A DNA stretch of 64,000 nt from Candidatus Culexmicrobium thermophilum (GTDB taxonomy: Archaea; Thermoproteota; Methanomethylicia; Culexarchaeales; B10-G16): the NCBI GenBank assembly GCA_025061095.1, contig JANZKB010000001.1, forward strand, positions 1,078 through 65,077, read 5' to 3'. A model generated the notes under the pieces. That model searched no databases. It worked only from the letters and a program-made list of their open reading frames with translations, and was not told where the DNA came from. Positions 31,299-40,961 of the stretch are shown in pieces. Each line of letters begins with the position of its first letter. Position 1 is the first letter of the stretch. Made by a program: the position numbers and the translations under genes.

Positions 31299-31407
31299 CT
31301 CTATCGCCCCAAGAAAAAAATGATTGGCGATATATATTAATTTCTTTGTATTTCATGTTAAAGTCTATGAAAGATCATATTATTCTGCAATATCGATGTG
31401 GGGCATG

Positions 31408-32718
31408 TTAAAGAATCCATGGAGGCAGCTTTCCCAGCTCCTTTCCATCTCCTGACAATTTTAAGCTTCCAATTGCTATCAGTTTTATTTCACCTCTTAC
31501 TGGAGTGGAAATTTCAATGGTTCTTCTATTAAAGTTGATCTCCTTTATTATTCCTAGCCCGATAAATGAGCCTTCTCCATTATAAAGTCCAGCTAGAACG
31601 CCTCTCTCAAATCCTCTACTCAGTAAGATTACCGTTTCTTTTCCGGTTTTCTTTTTAAGAGAATCTATGAGAGATATTCTATCTTCGTCTTCGATGGGGG
31701 AGGAGAGTACTAGTAGAAGTGAATCTGGAGATGATTCTCCATATATTAGGGGGATTCCTAGCAGTGATTCAAAAGATTTGAGATCTTTTTTGGATAGAGG
31801 GAAGCCTGAGCCTAAAATGGAGTAGAGTAAACCTACCTTATCCAAGCTGAATATTCTAACCTTGGATTTCATGAGATATTTCATATATGCCGATTCACGT
31901 ATAAGTTTCCTTTCACTTTTACTTCTAGCTTTTATGGATCTTATTGGAGGCATTCTGATAATGTTAAACATATTTAAATTCTGTATAGGTTTCAGTATGT
32001 GTTCTAGTTCGCCGGCTCTCTGAATGGCAACAATAACATTCGGGTTCAACGATAAAATTAGGGATGTTTTCAGGGTTCTGGCGCCGATCCCTGTAATCCA
32101 ACCGCTAGTATTTACAATTATTATTTCGTAGTTATTTTTTAACGCCTTATCCAGCATTTTTCGGGCACCTATAATTACACGGTCAATAAAGTTTCTAGGC
32201 GAGTTTGAACCGACGAAGAAGGCATCCTGCAAAGGTATCTCGGAGAGAAGTGTTATATAATTGTTTACGAAGCCTAGGCCGATAGTGGTTGGAGGACCTA
32301 TATCTGATTGTCCCAGATCGTTGTCTATTATTGCAGTTTTATATCCGTGACTGAAAGATTCATTTGCAAGAAAAGTGCAAAAAGTGGATTTTCCGCAGTC
32401 AACATCGCCTAGAACGAGAATTTTGATTGGTTTGTTAAAATTGAGAATCTTCTCAGCAGACAGCTTCCATTCACTTGGAATAAGTATTTCGTCAAGCTCT
32501 TCGAAAGATCCTCCCTCACCCAACTTTAACTCTAGAATGGAATTCTCAACTGCTTTAAAGATCATAACTTTCGAACGCGGAACCACCGTTGAGTCTTTAG
32601 GGGTCAGTTCTCTCCCTAAAACGTATATTCTCCCTTCAAGTACATTGACGAATGCTGGTCCTTCCACTTTTATAATTTTATTTTTGGACAGGTTTAATTT
32701 CATATTTTGGAACCCCAC
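31408..32718 (-). CDS. Clp1-family polynucleotide 5'-hydroxyl kinase
   Basis: P-loop VLGDVDCGKSTF; Clp1 N-, P-loop and C-domains. Confidence 0.6.
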   Translation of the reverse strand: MGFQNMKLNLSKNKIIKVEGPAFVNVLEGRIYVLGRELTPKDSTVVPRSKVMIFKAVENSILELKLGEGGSFEELDEILIPSEWKLSAEKILNFNKPIKILVLGDVDCGKSTFCTFLANESFSHGYKTAIIDNDLGQSDIGPPTTIGLGFVNNYITLLSEIPLQDAFFVGSNSPRNFIDRVIIGARKMLDKALKNNYEIIIVNTSGWITGIGARTLKTSLILSLNPNVIVAIQRAGELEHILKPIQNLNMFNIIRMPPIRSIKARSKSERKLIRESAYMKYLMKSKVRIFSLDKVGLLYSILGSGFPLSKKDLKSFESLLGIPLIYGESSPDSLLLVLSSPIEDEDRISLIDSLKKKTGKETVILLSRGFERGVLAGLYNGEGSFIGLGIIKEINFNRRTIEISTPVRGEIKLIAIGSLKLSGDGKELGKLPPWIL

Positions 32719-33341
32719 TTTATTTTTTCACCTTTACTTAACGCAATATTATATGCGGCTTCAACATCCACGTTAAATGCGAAGTTTCTAGCAGAGATTG
32801 AGGTTAATGATGATTCATCCACCAGTTCGATATTTGACTTTAAGGGGAAGTTTAAAAAATTTTTCTTCAATTTCTTCAGCAAAATCTCAAGGTATTTTCC
32901 CCCACCACGCCCAATTTTAATGATTCTCTCTTTTGAGGGGCAGAAGGTGAGGACGTCTTTAATGAAACTTATTAGATCATCTACTTCATTAAAGGTTTTG
33001 GATATTATGGGGAAGCCGTCTCCTAAAACCATTACGCCATATGTGAAGCCTGGATCAATTCCTATGATTAGATAATTGAAAAATTCTTTGCCGTGAAGGA
33101 GACTTTGAATTTTGAAGATCAACTTTTCAGGTGGATCTTCATTCACCAATACGATTTTGAAGGAAGAATTCAATTTCTCTTTAATAGACGGGTCGTCGAC
33201 CAGCAGGATCTTAACTGATCTTGGAAGTTTATTTAAATCCTCAAAGGAAATGTCGATGAAGGATAGATTAAACTCCTTCATGGCTTTAAGTAGCATGTAA
33301 TGTTTTCTAGGATTCTTCACTAGTAAGCCTATTTTCCGCAA
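32700..33341 (-). CDS. RNase H-fold (RuvC/YqgF-like) nuclease-domain protein
   Basis: IIGIDPGFTYGVMVLGDG motif. Confidence 0.45.
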   Translation of the reverse strand: MRKIGLLVKNPRKHYMLLKAMKEFNLSFIDISFEDLNKLPRSVKILLVDDPSIKEKLNSSFKIVLVNEDPPEKLIFKIQSLLHGKEFFNYLIIGIDPGFTYGVMVLGDGFPIISKTFNEVDDLISFIKDVLTFCPSKERIIKIGRGGGKYLEILLKKLKKNFLNFPLKSNIELVDESSLTSISARNFAFNVDVEAAYNIALSKGEKIKWGSKI

Positions 33342-33434
33342 GGTTTAAATCACCACAAATTCCGATTAGGGAGAACCATTTATAATATTAATGGAATGAG
33401 GATTATATATTCTTTGTAAAGATAAGGTGATATT

Positions 33435-34136
33435 GTGGAGAAGGCTGGAGAAGGAGAAGTTAAAGCAATATCCTTAGGGCTTTCAGAAGTTGATAGAATA
33501 CTTGGAGGAGGAGTTAGATTAGGTGAAATGGTGTTGATCTATGGAGATTCAGGAACCGGAAAAACGTCATTCGCGATGACTACAACCGCTAATTGTATCT
33601 CAATGGGATTTAACGCTATTTATTTTTCAAGTGAAAAACCATTTGCAGCTGAAAGGATTATTGAAATTTTGGGGAAGAACAGAGTGGAAGAGGCTAAAAG
33701 AGTAATAGTATTCATGCTGGATAATTTTGAAAAACAGATGGAGATTATAGATCGGCTTGAATATTTCATAACGCCAAAAGTTAAACTTATAGTTATCGAT
33801 ACGATAACAGGCCAGTATAGAAATGTAATTGCAGATAGAAATGTTGGAATAAAGGCTAATAAGGAATTGAATAAGCAGTTAGCCTTGTTGAAGACAGCTT
33901 CCAAGAAGGGGATAGCGGTCCTAATTACTGGACAGGTAAGAGATATTATGGGTGAGGAGAGAGAGGAGGTTGTTGCCTCAAACGTTTTAAAATATTGGAC
34001 TGACAATATTTTAAGACTTGAAAAATACAGGGATCGAAGATATATAGTTGTGGAGAAGATTGGTGGAAAGATAGTTCCGGAGATTAGAATACCATTCAGA
34101 ATTGTTGGGAGAGGTATATTATATGGAGGCATATAA
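33435..34136 (+). CDS. RecA-superfamily ATPase, RadA paralog (RadB/aRadC-like)
   Basis: GGGVRLGEMVLIYGDSGTGKTS Walker A, VIDTI Walker B, ~230 aa. Confidence 0.6.
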   Translation: MEKAGEGEVKAISLGLSEVDRILGGGVRLGEMVLIYGDSGTGKTSFAMTTTANCISMGFNAIYFSSEKPFAAERIIEILGKNRVEEAKRVIVFMLDNFEKQMEIIDRLEYFITPKVKLIVIDTITGQYRNVIADRNVGIKANKELNKQLALLKTASKKGIAVLITGQVRDIMGEEREEVVASNVLKYWTDNILRLEKYRDRRYIVVEKIGGKIVPEIRIPFRIVGRGILYGGI

Positions 34137-34611
34137 GTTCATTCTATATATCATATGGAAATTTTTTCCAGCATATGTTGCAAATGCTTCACCAGTACTC
34201 TTAATTAAGAAGGGAAAGCCGATAGATTTTAATAAAAAATTCATCGACGGCAAACCCATATTTGGTTCACATAAAACTGTAGAAGGATTTCTCACGGGAA
34301 CTGTTGTGGGAACTATCTTTGGATATCTGCAAGATATGAATAATCCTTTAAGAGGGGTTTCCTTATCTTTGGGAGCGATGATCGGTGATCTTCTAGGATC
34401 TTTCATAAAGAGGAGGATGGGAATAGAGAGTGGAAAGTCTGCACCAATCTTAGATCAAGTAGCGTTTATCATAGGGGCTGTAACATTTTCAAGTTTCTTC
34501 AGCCACTATAGTTTGATGGAAGCTGTAACGATAATTCTTGTAACCATACCAATACATATTGCAACAAATTTAATAGCATATCTTCTAAAAATAAAAGATG
34601 TACCTTGGTAA
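34102..34611 (+). CDS. carS: CDP-archaeol synthase-like membrane protein (UPF0290)
   Basis: ~165 aa polytopic protein with NASPVL...KT.EG motif. Confidence 0.5.
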   Translation: MLGEVYYMEAYKFILYIIWKFFPAYVANASPVLLIKKGKPIDFNKKFIDGKPIFGSHKTVEGFLTGTVVGTIFGYLQDMNNPLRGVSLSLGAMIGDLLGSFIKRRMGIESGKSAPILDQVAFIIGAVTFSSFFSHYSLMEAVTIILVTIPIHIATNLIAYLLKIKDVPW

Positions 34612-34612
34612 G

Positions 34613-35011
34613 TTATATCCATCCTATCTTTATAGCTAACAAATATTGTAGAAGAATGAATGAGAAGATGAAGAGGGCTACTCCAATTCCAAGAATGATG
34701 CTTGCATATTTTGGATCTGAGGATATTCTACTTCCACGCTCGGTAAGGAACAGTCCAAGTGTTCCTCCAAGAAGTAAAATTAATACAACTACGGATTCAA
34801 CGATCGTTTGATAATCGAGAAACGGCATTATGAAAGTGAATCTGGAACCCATAGGATAAGCCCATATTGAAGGTTCAACCATAGAATAAATGGAGCCCCC
34901 TGCAAAAAGTATAAAGAGTATAACGCCTATGATAGGGAAGAAGTTTTTAAGAAGAGAAGTTAAACTATGCAGTTTTGATAATATCTTGGAAAAGTACATG
35001 ATCGCCACCAC
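34613..35011 (-). CDS. small membrane protein
   Basis: 4 predicted TM helices. Confidence 0.4.
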   Translation of the reverse strand: MVAIMYFSKILSKLHSLTSLLKNFFPIIGVILFILFAGGSIYSMVEPSIWAYPMGSRFTFIMPFLDYQTIVESVVVLILLLGGTLGLFLTERGSRISSDPKYASIILGIGVALFIFSFILLQYLLAIKIGWI

Positions 35012-35065
35012 TTGTTAACAGAATGATATATGGCTTAATAACTATGTTCACGAAGAAAAATTAAA

Positions 35066-35842
35066 ATGTTACGATTTTCATTTCCAAGAAGGAGATGGAT
35101 GATGAACGATGTTGAGGCTATATGTGCCGGATATTTTTATAAAAGTAATTTTGGGTTCATAATTCCATCAAGATGGATTTCTCCTGAAAAGTGCATGGAA
35201 ATTCGTAAAATAGTAAATTTAACAGAAAAGATACTAAAGGAGATTATGAGAGTAAGCGGGGATTTCGGATTGAAGATTACTCCTTCAATAGGATGTATCA
35301 ATATAGCTGAAAGCAGGAGGCAGATAGCTTATCTCGCTATAGGGCAGGAATTGAAGGATAAAGAATGTATAATACCATCAATATACAATTATTTAAGCAT
35401 AATTGGATTGGAAAAACCATTAATAGATAATTTCTTTCTATATTATCATCCACCTATAAAAGTAATAGTGGATAACAATATTGTTCAGGTAGTTCCCAGA
35501 GATTGCACATTATTAAAGAAGGATAATTTAGATGTGAAGCCGCAGTTAAAGATAAACACATATAAAGTTGACTTGGAAACCATAAAGTTAATGGTGAGAG
35601 CCATAATAAGACAGTCACTATGGGAGAAGGCGATTTCAGCTCCCTCTGAGAAAGCGGTGGAATGGTATACTGAGGAGATTTTCAGGAGAATTCATGAAAA
35701 AGAGAAGAAGAGCATTATACTGAGAGTTGCAGAGATTAAGGAGATAATTTTGGAGAAGATGCAGAGCCTGATGAATAGGATAAGAGGAGAATTGAAGGAA
35801 GAGATTGATTTAATGGAAGAGTTAATGGATAAATTAGTGTGA
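35066..35842 (+). CDS. hypothetical protein
   Basis: 258-aa ORF with host codon usage. Confidence 0.4.
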   Translation: MLRFSFPRRRWMMNDVEAICAGYFYKSNFGFIIPSRWISPEKCMEIRKIVNLTEKILKEIMRVSGDFGLKITPSIGCINIAESRRQIAYLAIGQELKDKECIIPSIYNYLSIIGLEKPLIDNFFLYYHPPIKVIVDNNIVQVVPRDCTLLKKDNLDVKPQLKINTYKVDLETIKLMVRAIIRQSLWEKAISAPSEKAVEWYTEEIFRRIHEKEKKSIILRVAEIKEIILEKMQSLMNRIRGELKEEIDLMEELMDKLV

Positions 35843-35844
35843 AT

Positions 35845-36228
35845 TTATTTTTTCAGAGGTTGGGCGTAAATGGAATATATGTATAAGTCTCCATTGCATT
35901 TGGGGCATTGGCCAATCCTTTTAAATATGTAATCTCCTACTTTGAATTCTCTTTCCTCTTTGAAATTGCAGGAGGGATTGGAACATTTAACGACTGTGAT
36001 CGTCAGATGCCTTCCTAGCAGGCGAAGCTTCATGATTTTTCTATGCTGATATGATAAGTAAAATGAGAGGGAGAGGCAGACTAAACCCGAAATGAAATAA
36101 TCCATGGAGAATGCGTTGAAGTCGCCTACTCTTTGAAGTTCAAATAATCCCAAACTTAATAGAATTAATGAAAATAATGAGAGAATTACCGATAGGATGA
36201 GGAAAATATTGTTTTTAAGATTACTCAT
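35845..36228 (-). CDS. membrane-anchored Zn-ribbon protein
   Basis: N-terminal TM helices; CSNPSC...CPKC. Confidence 0.4.
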   Translation of the reverse strand: MSNLKNNIFLILSVILSLFSLILLSLGLFELQRVGDFNAFSMDYFISGLVCLSLSFYLSYQHRKIMKLRLLGRHLTITVVKCSNPSCNFKEEREFKVGDYIFKRIGQCPKCNGDLYIYSIYAQPLKK

Positions 36229-36239
36229 TTCATAGCCTC

Positions 36240-37382
36240 CTATTGGGAAATTCCAAGAGTATTACCTATACCAGCTACAATTACAGTTTCACCTTCATGA
36301 ACTCTCTCTTCAATAATTGCGAGAAGTTTGTTTAACGCTTTTTCAGAAGCCATAACTATATTTTTCTTAATGGTGTTAATGGCCTCCTCAAGGGACATTT
36401 TTATTGCAATTGCATCTAGAGGAATTTTATACTTTGTTGCAATCTCCTCTATCTTATATTTTTCAGCTCCAGGGCCGCCTATTGCAGCACCTATACCCTC
36501 AGCCACCCTTCCAGTTTCTTCTCCTTCAAGTTTCAATGCAGCATCTATCATTATAATGCGGCTTATATTTCCTCCATTTTCAGCTATTATTCTAGCTATC
36601 GCCTCCCCCGGTTTACCTACCTCTGCACCTGGACCTTTAGCTTTTAAAGCTATAATTCTCCTACCCTTATAATCGAACTCTGATGCTACGATTTTTTCAG
36701 CAATTTCCCTGTGAGGTTTTCCATAGATAAGCTTGGCTACAACTAATGCTCCAACACCGTCGCCGATAGGCTTGCCATTTGAAAATGCATCTACAGCATT
36801 GTAGAATGCTTCAGCATACTTCATGAGAAGAGGAAGGTTCATTTGAAGCTGCATTATAAATACCATGTTCTTCGTCTTCTTCCCCAGTAATAGTAAATGT
36901 CTTATCTCTCTGTAAAGGGTGTTGAGAACTATGACTGTTTCCAGTAAACCTTCCAGGTTGGGAAGATCTTCAGATGAGACGTTGGGTGCTATACGTTTAA
37001 TGAATGCTTCGATACGATTATCTCTAACATTTAATAGATGATCTAGTTTTTCTATGATTCCTCTAGGATCAAGATCGACGGGTTCAATTATGAAGAAATC
37101 GAGGAAATCTTCGATCATAGGTGACGGATCGAAATCTGGTTTGCCCAGCTCTTTTACACGTTTAATTGCCGTTTGCTTTGCACGTGACAATAGGAAGTTT
37201 AATCTTCTAAGAGCGTTCTCCGCATCTCTCAACCACATCCATATTTGGACACGCTGATTGAGAAAAGTTATCACAAATGCAAACACTAGAAAATATAGGA
37301 TATCTATTATTATTGAGTTGGAAGAATCACCAAATATTGAGAGAGTAGCATCTATGAACTCCACTTCAACGATAGCCTCCAA
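36240..37382 (-). CDS. conserved archaeal protein (DUF1512-like) with N-terminal membrane segment
   Basis: 380 aa; Gly-rich GIGAAIGGPGAEKY region. Confidence 0.4.
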   Translation of the reverse strand: MEAIVEVEFIDATLSIFGDSSNSIIIDILYFLVFAFVITFLNQRVQIWMWLRDAENALRRLNFLLSRAKQTAIKRVKELGKPDFDPSPMIEDFLDFFIIEPVDLDPRGIIEKLDHLLNVRDNRIEAFIKRIAPNVSSEDLPNLEGLLETVIVLNTLYREIRHLLLLGKKTKNMVFIMQLQMNLPLLMKYAEAFYNAVDAFSNGKPIGDGVGALVVAKLIYGKPHREIAEKIVASEFDYKGRRIIALKAKGPGAEVGKPGEAIARIIAENGGNISRIIMIDAALKLEGEETGRVAEGIGAAIGGPGAEKYKIEEIATKYKIPLDAIAIKMSLEEAINTIKKNIVMASEKALNKLLAIIEERVHEGETVIVAGIGNTLGISQ

Positions 37383-37462
37383 CCTGCATTAAAATATAGA
37401 GGATATTAATAAATTTGTTTGTCTCCTGAAAGAATTGTGGAAAATCGTTTTTGTAGTTTAAT

Positions 37463-37587
37463 GCACCGCCAGCACACCCCTTTCCCAGTGCCTCTCGGAC
37501 ACCAGTACTCGGAAGTGCGGCAGTAGGCTTAACTTCCGGGTTCGGAATGAGACCGGGTGTTTCCCTACTGCCTATGGCCGGCGGTGC
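37463..37587 (-). rRNA. 5S ribosomal RNA (stand-alone)
   Basis: reverse complement reads GCACCGCCGGCCATAGGC...CCGGTCTCATTCCGAACCCGGAAGTTAAGC...GCTGGCGGTGC with pairing termini (helix I). Confidence 0.85.
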
Positions 37588-37680
37588 ACAAATTTGAAAC
37601 GGTTAACCGGGTTAATAAATTTTGCTCAGTTAAACTTGAAGTTAAACTTATAAAGAAAAAGAGTAAGCTTTTTACATGGA

Positions 37681-37791
37681 GCCGGGGTCGCCTAGCCTGG
37701 CCCAGGGCGCCGGACTCATAATCAGAAAGGATTGAGGGGTTAAGAAAACGGTGAATTCCGGTTTCCGCGGGTTCGAATCCCGCCCCCGGCA
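37681..37791 (+). tRNA. tRNA-Met (CAT) with ~35-nt intron at/near the anticodon loop
   Basis: acceptor GCCGGGG/CCCCGGC, anticodon stem CCGGA/TCCGG separated by CTCATA+intron, T loop TTCGAAT. Confidence 0.75.
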
Positions 37792-37805
37792 CTACAGGTC
37801 GACTG

Positions 37806-38060
37806 TTACACCATTAATTTCAAGCCATATTTAACGAAAAGTGGAAGTAAAGTTATGGAGACTATGCTCACTAATTTTATAAGTATATATAAGCTTGGGC
37901 CAGCACTGTCTTTTAATGGATCTCCTACAGTATCTCCAATCACTGATGATGCATGAGCTGGTGTGTCTTTACCTCCAAGAAGACCAGATTCTATAAGTTT
38001 CTTCGCATTGTCCCATGCACCTCCAGCATTGAACATAAATGTTGCAAGAATTGCTCCCAC
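37806..38060 (-). pseudogene. C-terminal fragment of membrane H+/K+-translocating pyrophosphatase (HppA)
   Basis: GGAWDNAKK...[22 protein letters not shown] matches the last ~80 aa of V-PPases; the remaining ~600 aa are absent. Confidence 0.6.
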
Positions 38061-38230
38061 TCATTATCACTTTTCTCCTTAAAAGTTAGAGTGACATCAG
38101 CTATCAGCCTTGTCAGAGGCACAGTTGTTCTCGTATCTTCAGCCTTCAAGAAATCAATCAGCCAAGCCATGAAAACTTTACTATAAAATGCAACTCCAAC
38201 AGTAACATCTAATCTCTAAAGTCTTTTATT

Positions 38231-39358
38231 CTAATCCTCGACTCGATTGGAAACTTTGAAGATTGCCCTCTCACGATATCCTGTAACTACTCGATAGTAT
38301 CCACTTAACTCTTTATCCAAAATCTCTGATCCTGTATCGACCAATAATGTCCTTCTACTCAAAGATCTAAGTTTATTTCTTGTCGAGACGATGATGATAT
38401 TATCTTTACCCACTTCCCTAATAACCTTTGGACTGATCTGCTGATTTCCCCTCCCAAAAAGATATCCCTGCCCACCTATGGGGGTGACTATAATCTTTGC
38501 CTTCCGACCTCTTATCGTCTCGAGAATCTCTTTCTCATTTAAATCTTTTCCAACCAGCTTTTTCTTATGAATGATATCTACTCCGAGTAGGGAATAATCC
38601 AGATTTAGAAACTCCATTATCACTTTTGTTGTAGTTCCAGGTCCAATTATATAGTAGTATTCATCAGACATCTCATCTAGGATCTCCGCTGCAATCTCCT
38701 CTTTATTATATCTCTCGCTCATAGGTGTAGTTGACTTGCTGCCTGAGGTATATCCACGTTTAACCGGAATCTTAAGATATCCATATAACCTTGTGGATAG
38801 TTTGCCTCTCCTGAATAGTTCTTCATCAATATCCAACACCTCCGCATCAACAACCTCCCTAATTTCCCCCATCAAAAACAACCTTGCAAGTTCCCCTGCA
38901 ACAACTGGATTAACTGCGAAGACAGCTGAGAAAACTTTGACCCCGGCAGGTATTCCAAGTACAACGAGACTTCGATCAATGGCATCATAGATATCTCTAG
39001 CAGTTCCATCTCCACCAACAAAGAGGAGGAGATCAACTCCTAGCACTCTCATTTCATCTGCAGCCCTCTTAGTATCCTCCGCAGTGGTCTTCTCCCCCTT
39101 TAATTCTCCGATCACTTTAGGGGTGAAGGAGCAGCTGAGAGAGGCGTTCTCACCCATCTTTTTAGGGTAGGTTATCAATTCCACCCTATCCTTTAGAAGA
39201 AGAAGCTGTTTCAACGCTTCTTTCGCTCTATCTTCAGCCCAAGGCTTCGCACCCAATTTCAACGCCATCTTCAAGGTCTCTTCTCCATCTGTTCCTTTAA
39301 GGCCGACTCTACCGCCCATTCCAGCGATGGGATTAATGATCAACCCTAACTTCTTCAA
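38231..39358 (-). CDS. NAD-kinase/diacylglycerol-kinase-fold protein
   Basis: LGLIINPIAGMGG N-terminal motif, GGDGT motif. Confidence 0.5.
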   Translation of the reverse strand: MKKLGLIINPIAGMGGRVGLKGTDGEETLKMALKLGAKPWAEDRAKEALKQLLLLKDRVELITYPKKMGENASLSCSFTPKVIGELKGEKTTAEDTKRAADEMRVLGVDLLLFVGGDGTARDIYDAIDRSLVVLGIPAGVKVFSAVFAVNPVVAGELARLFLMGEIREVVDAEVLDIDEELFRRGKLSTRLYGYLKIPVKRGYTSGSKSTTPMSERYNKEEIAAEILDEMSDEYYYIIGPGTTTKVIMEFLNLDYSLLGVDIIHKKKLVGKDLNEKEILETIRGRKAKIIVTPIGGQGYLFGRGNQQISPKVIREVGKDNIIIVSTRNKLRSLSRRTLLVDTGSEILDKELSGYYRVVTGYRERAIFKVSNRVED

Positions 39359-39395
39359 TTAAGATCCTCCAACGGCATATAGGAGGGATATATGA

Positions 39396-40961
39396 TTATT
39401 CCCACTTTTCACGCTTCTTCAGATATGCCCGCCAAGTAATCGCCCACCTCTCAGGATCTTCTAGGAACTCAGGGCGGATCTTATGGATTGGGCAATTGTG
39501 AGGAGCATTCTTAAGCTTCTCCGGCGTTTCATAAGCCTCTTCCACAACTCTCTTCAACGTTTCAAGATACTTGTCCAAGTCATCCTTCGAGTATGATTCT
39601 GTAGGTTCTATGGTGAATGGTTCTGGAATTATCCATGGATGATGGCTTGTCCAGAGATGGAAGCCGAAATCAGCCATTCTCCTTATAACGTCCTCTGATG
39701 TTATTCCAGTATCCTCCCTGAGCTTTTCAAAGCTATATCTCACTTGTTCAATACGTTGCTTCGTCTTTGGGAAGGAGATACTCGCACATTTCACCTCACT
39801 CAGAATCCTCTTCATAACATAATTATTATTTAACACCGCCACCCTCGCAACCTCCCTTATCCCCTCAGCTCCAAGACTCATTATCCAAGAATAAGCCCTT
39901 AGGATTACTGGAAAGACACCGTAGAACTCTCTAACCTTCCCAATGGAGTGTGACAGATCATAATTCAAATAATACTTTTCACCATTATACTCTACAATTG
40001 GAATTGGCAGAAAATCCACCAACCTATCTGTCACCCCCACAGCACCAACTGCAGGTCCACCACACCCATGAGGAGACGAGAACGTCTTATGCAAGTTAAA
40101 GAAGCCTAAATCGAAGCCGCAGTCCACCGCTCTAATAATTCCCAAAAGTCCATTTGCATTGGCCTGATCATATGCACACAATCCCCCCACACCATGCACA
40201 ATCTTTGTGAACTCCTTAATCCTTGGATTGAAGATCCCTGTATCCTCAGGATTCGTCACAATAAAGCCTGCTGTACGTTCAGAAACAGCTTTCTCCAATG
40301 CTTCAACATCAACCAATCCAGACTCGTTCGGATAGAGACTTATTACGCGATAACCCTTCACAGCTGGAGCAGCTGCATTGGATGGATGAGATAGCAATGT
40401 AGTTATGATCTCATCTCTCTTCTCCCCCTCACCTCTGAGCTCATGATATTTATGTATAATCGAGATTATGGTGAAGATGGCATGTGAGCCACCGCCGGGC
40501 TGAAATGTAAATCTGCTGAATCCGGAGAGCTCCCTCAAAAATAGATCCAGCTTATACATTATCTCAAGTGCACCTTGAATAGTATCCACATCTTGGAGTG
40601 GATGAAGTTCAGTGACCTTCGGAGAATTTGCTAAGAGATCATTTATTATGGGATTATACTTCATTGTACATGTTCCCTGGCCGATATCGATATTGAGGGT
40701 TGCACCCAAAGTCTCTTGAGATAGACGGAGATAATGCCTCAATACCCGTACCTGTGAGATCTCTGGAAGTCTAGGAGGATCCCTACGAATCATATGTTCA
40801 GGTAGGACTGAGACTCCGTCACCAACAAGCTCCTCAATCTCCTTCTCAACCTCTGGAACAATTATGCCACGCTCACCCTTCCTACTCAACTCAAAGATTA
40901 TCGGTTCACTCCATCTAGCCTCATGAAAATTTCTCAACTTGAAATCTCCTTTCCTCATCAT
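39396..40961 (-). CDS. gcvPB: glycine dehydrogenase (decarboxylating) subunit 2
   Basis: PLP-fold with NLHKTFSSPHGCGGP motif. Confidence 0.8.
   Translation of the reverse strand: MMRKGDFKLRNFHEARWSEPIIFELSRKGERGIIVPEVEKEIEELVGDGVSVLPEHMIRRDPPRLPEISQVRVLRHYLRLSQETLGATLNIDIGQGTCTMKYNPIINDLLANSPKVTELHPLQDVDTIQGALEIMYKLDLFLRELSGFSRFTFQPGGGSHAIFTIISIIHKYHELRGEGEKRDEIITTLLSHPSNAAAPAVKGYRVISLYPNESGLVDVEALEKAVSERTAGFIVTNPEDTGIFNPRIKEFTKIVHGVGGLCAYDQANANGLLGIIRAVDCGFDLGFFNLHKTFSSPHGCGGPAVGAVGVTDRLVDFLPIPIVEYNGEKYYLNYDLSHSIGKVREFYGVFPVILRAYSWIMSLGAEGIREVARVAVLNNNYVMKRILSEVKCASISFPKTKQRIEQVRYSFEKLREDTGITSEDVIRRMADFGFHLWTSHHPWIIPEPFTIEPTESYSKDDLDKYLETLKRVVEEAYETPEKLKNAPHNCPIHKIRPEFLEDPERWAITWRAYLKKREKWE

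Noticed and set aside
37565-37792. 75-aa ORF on the minus strand across tRNA-Met(CAT) and a 69-aa ORF (59045-59254, minus) across tRNA-Trp
   Set aside because: They are fully explained by structured RNA genes (cloverleaf and introns verified); the translations are nonsense.
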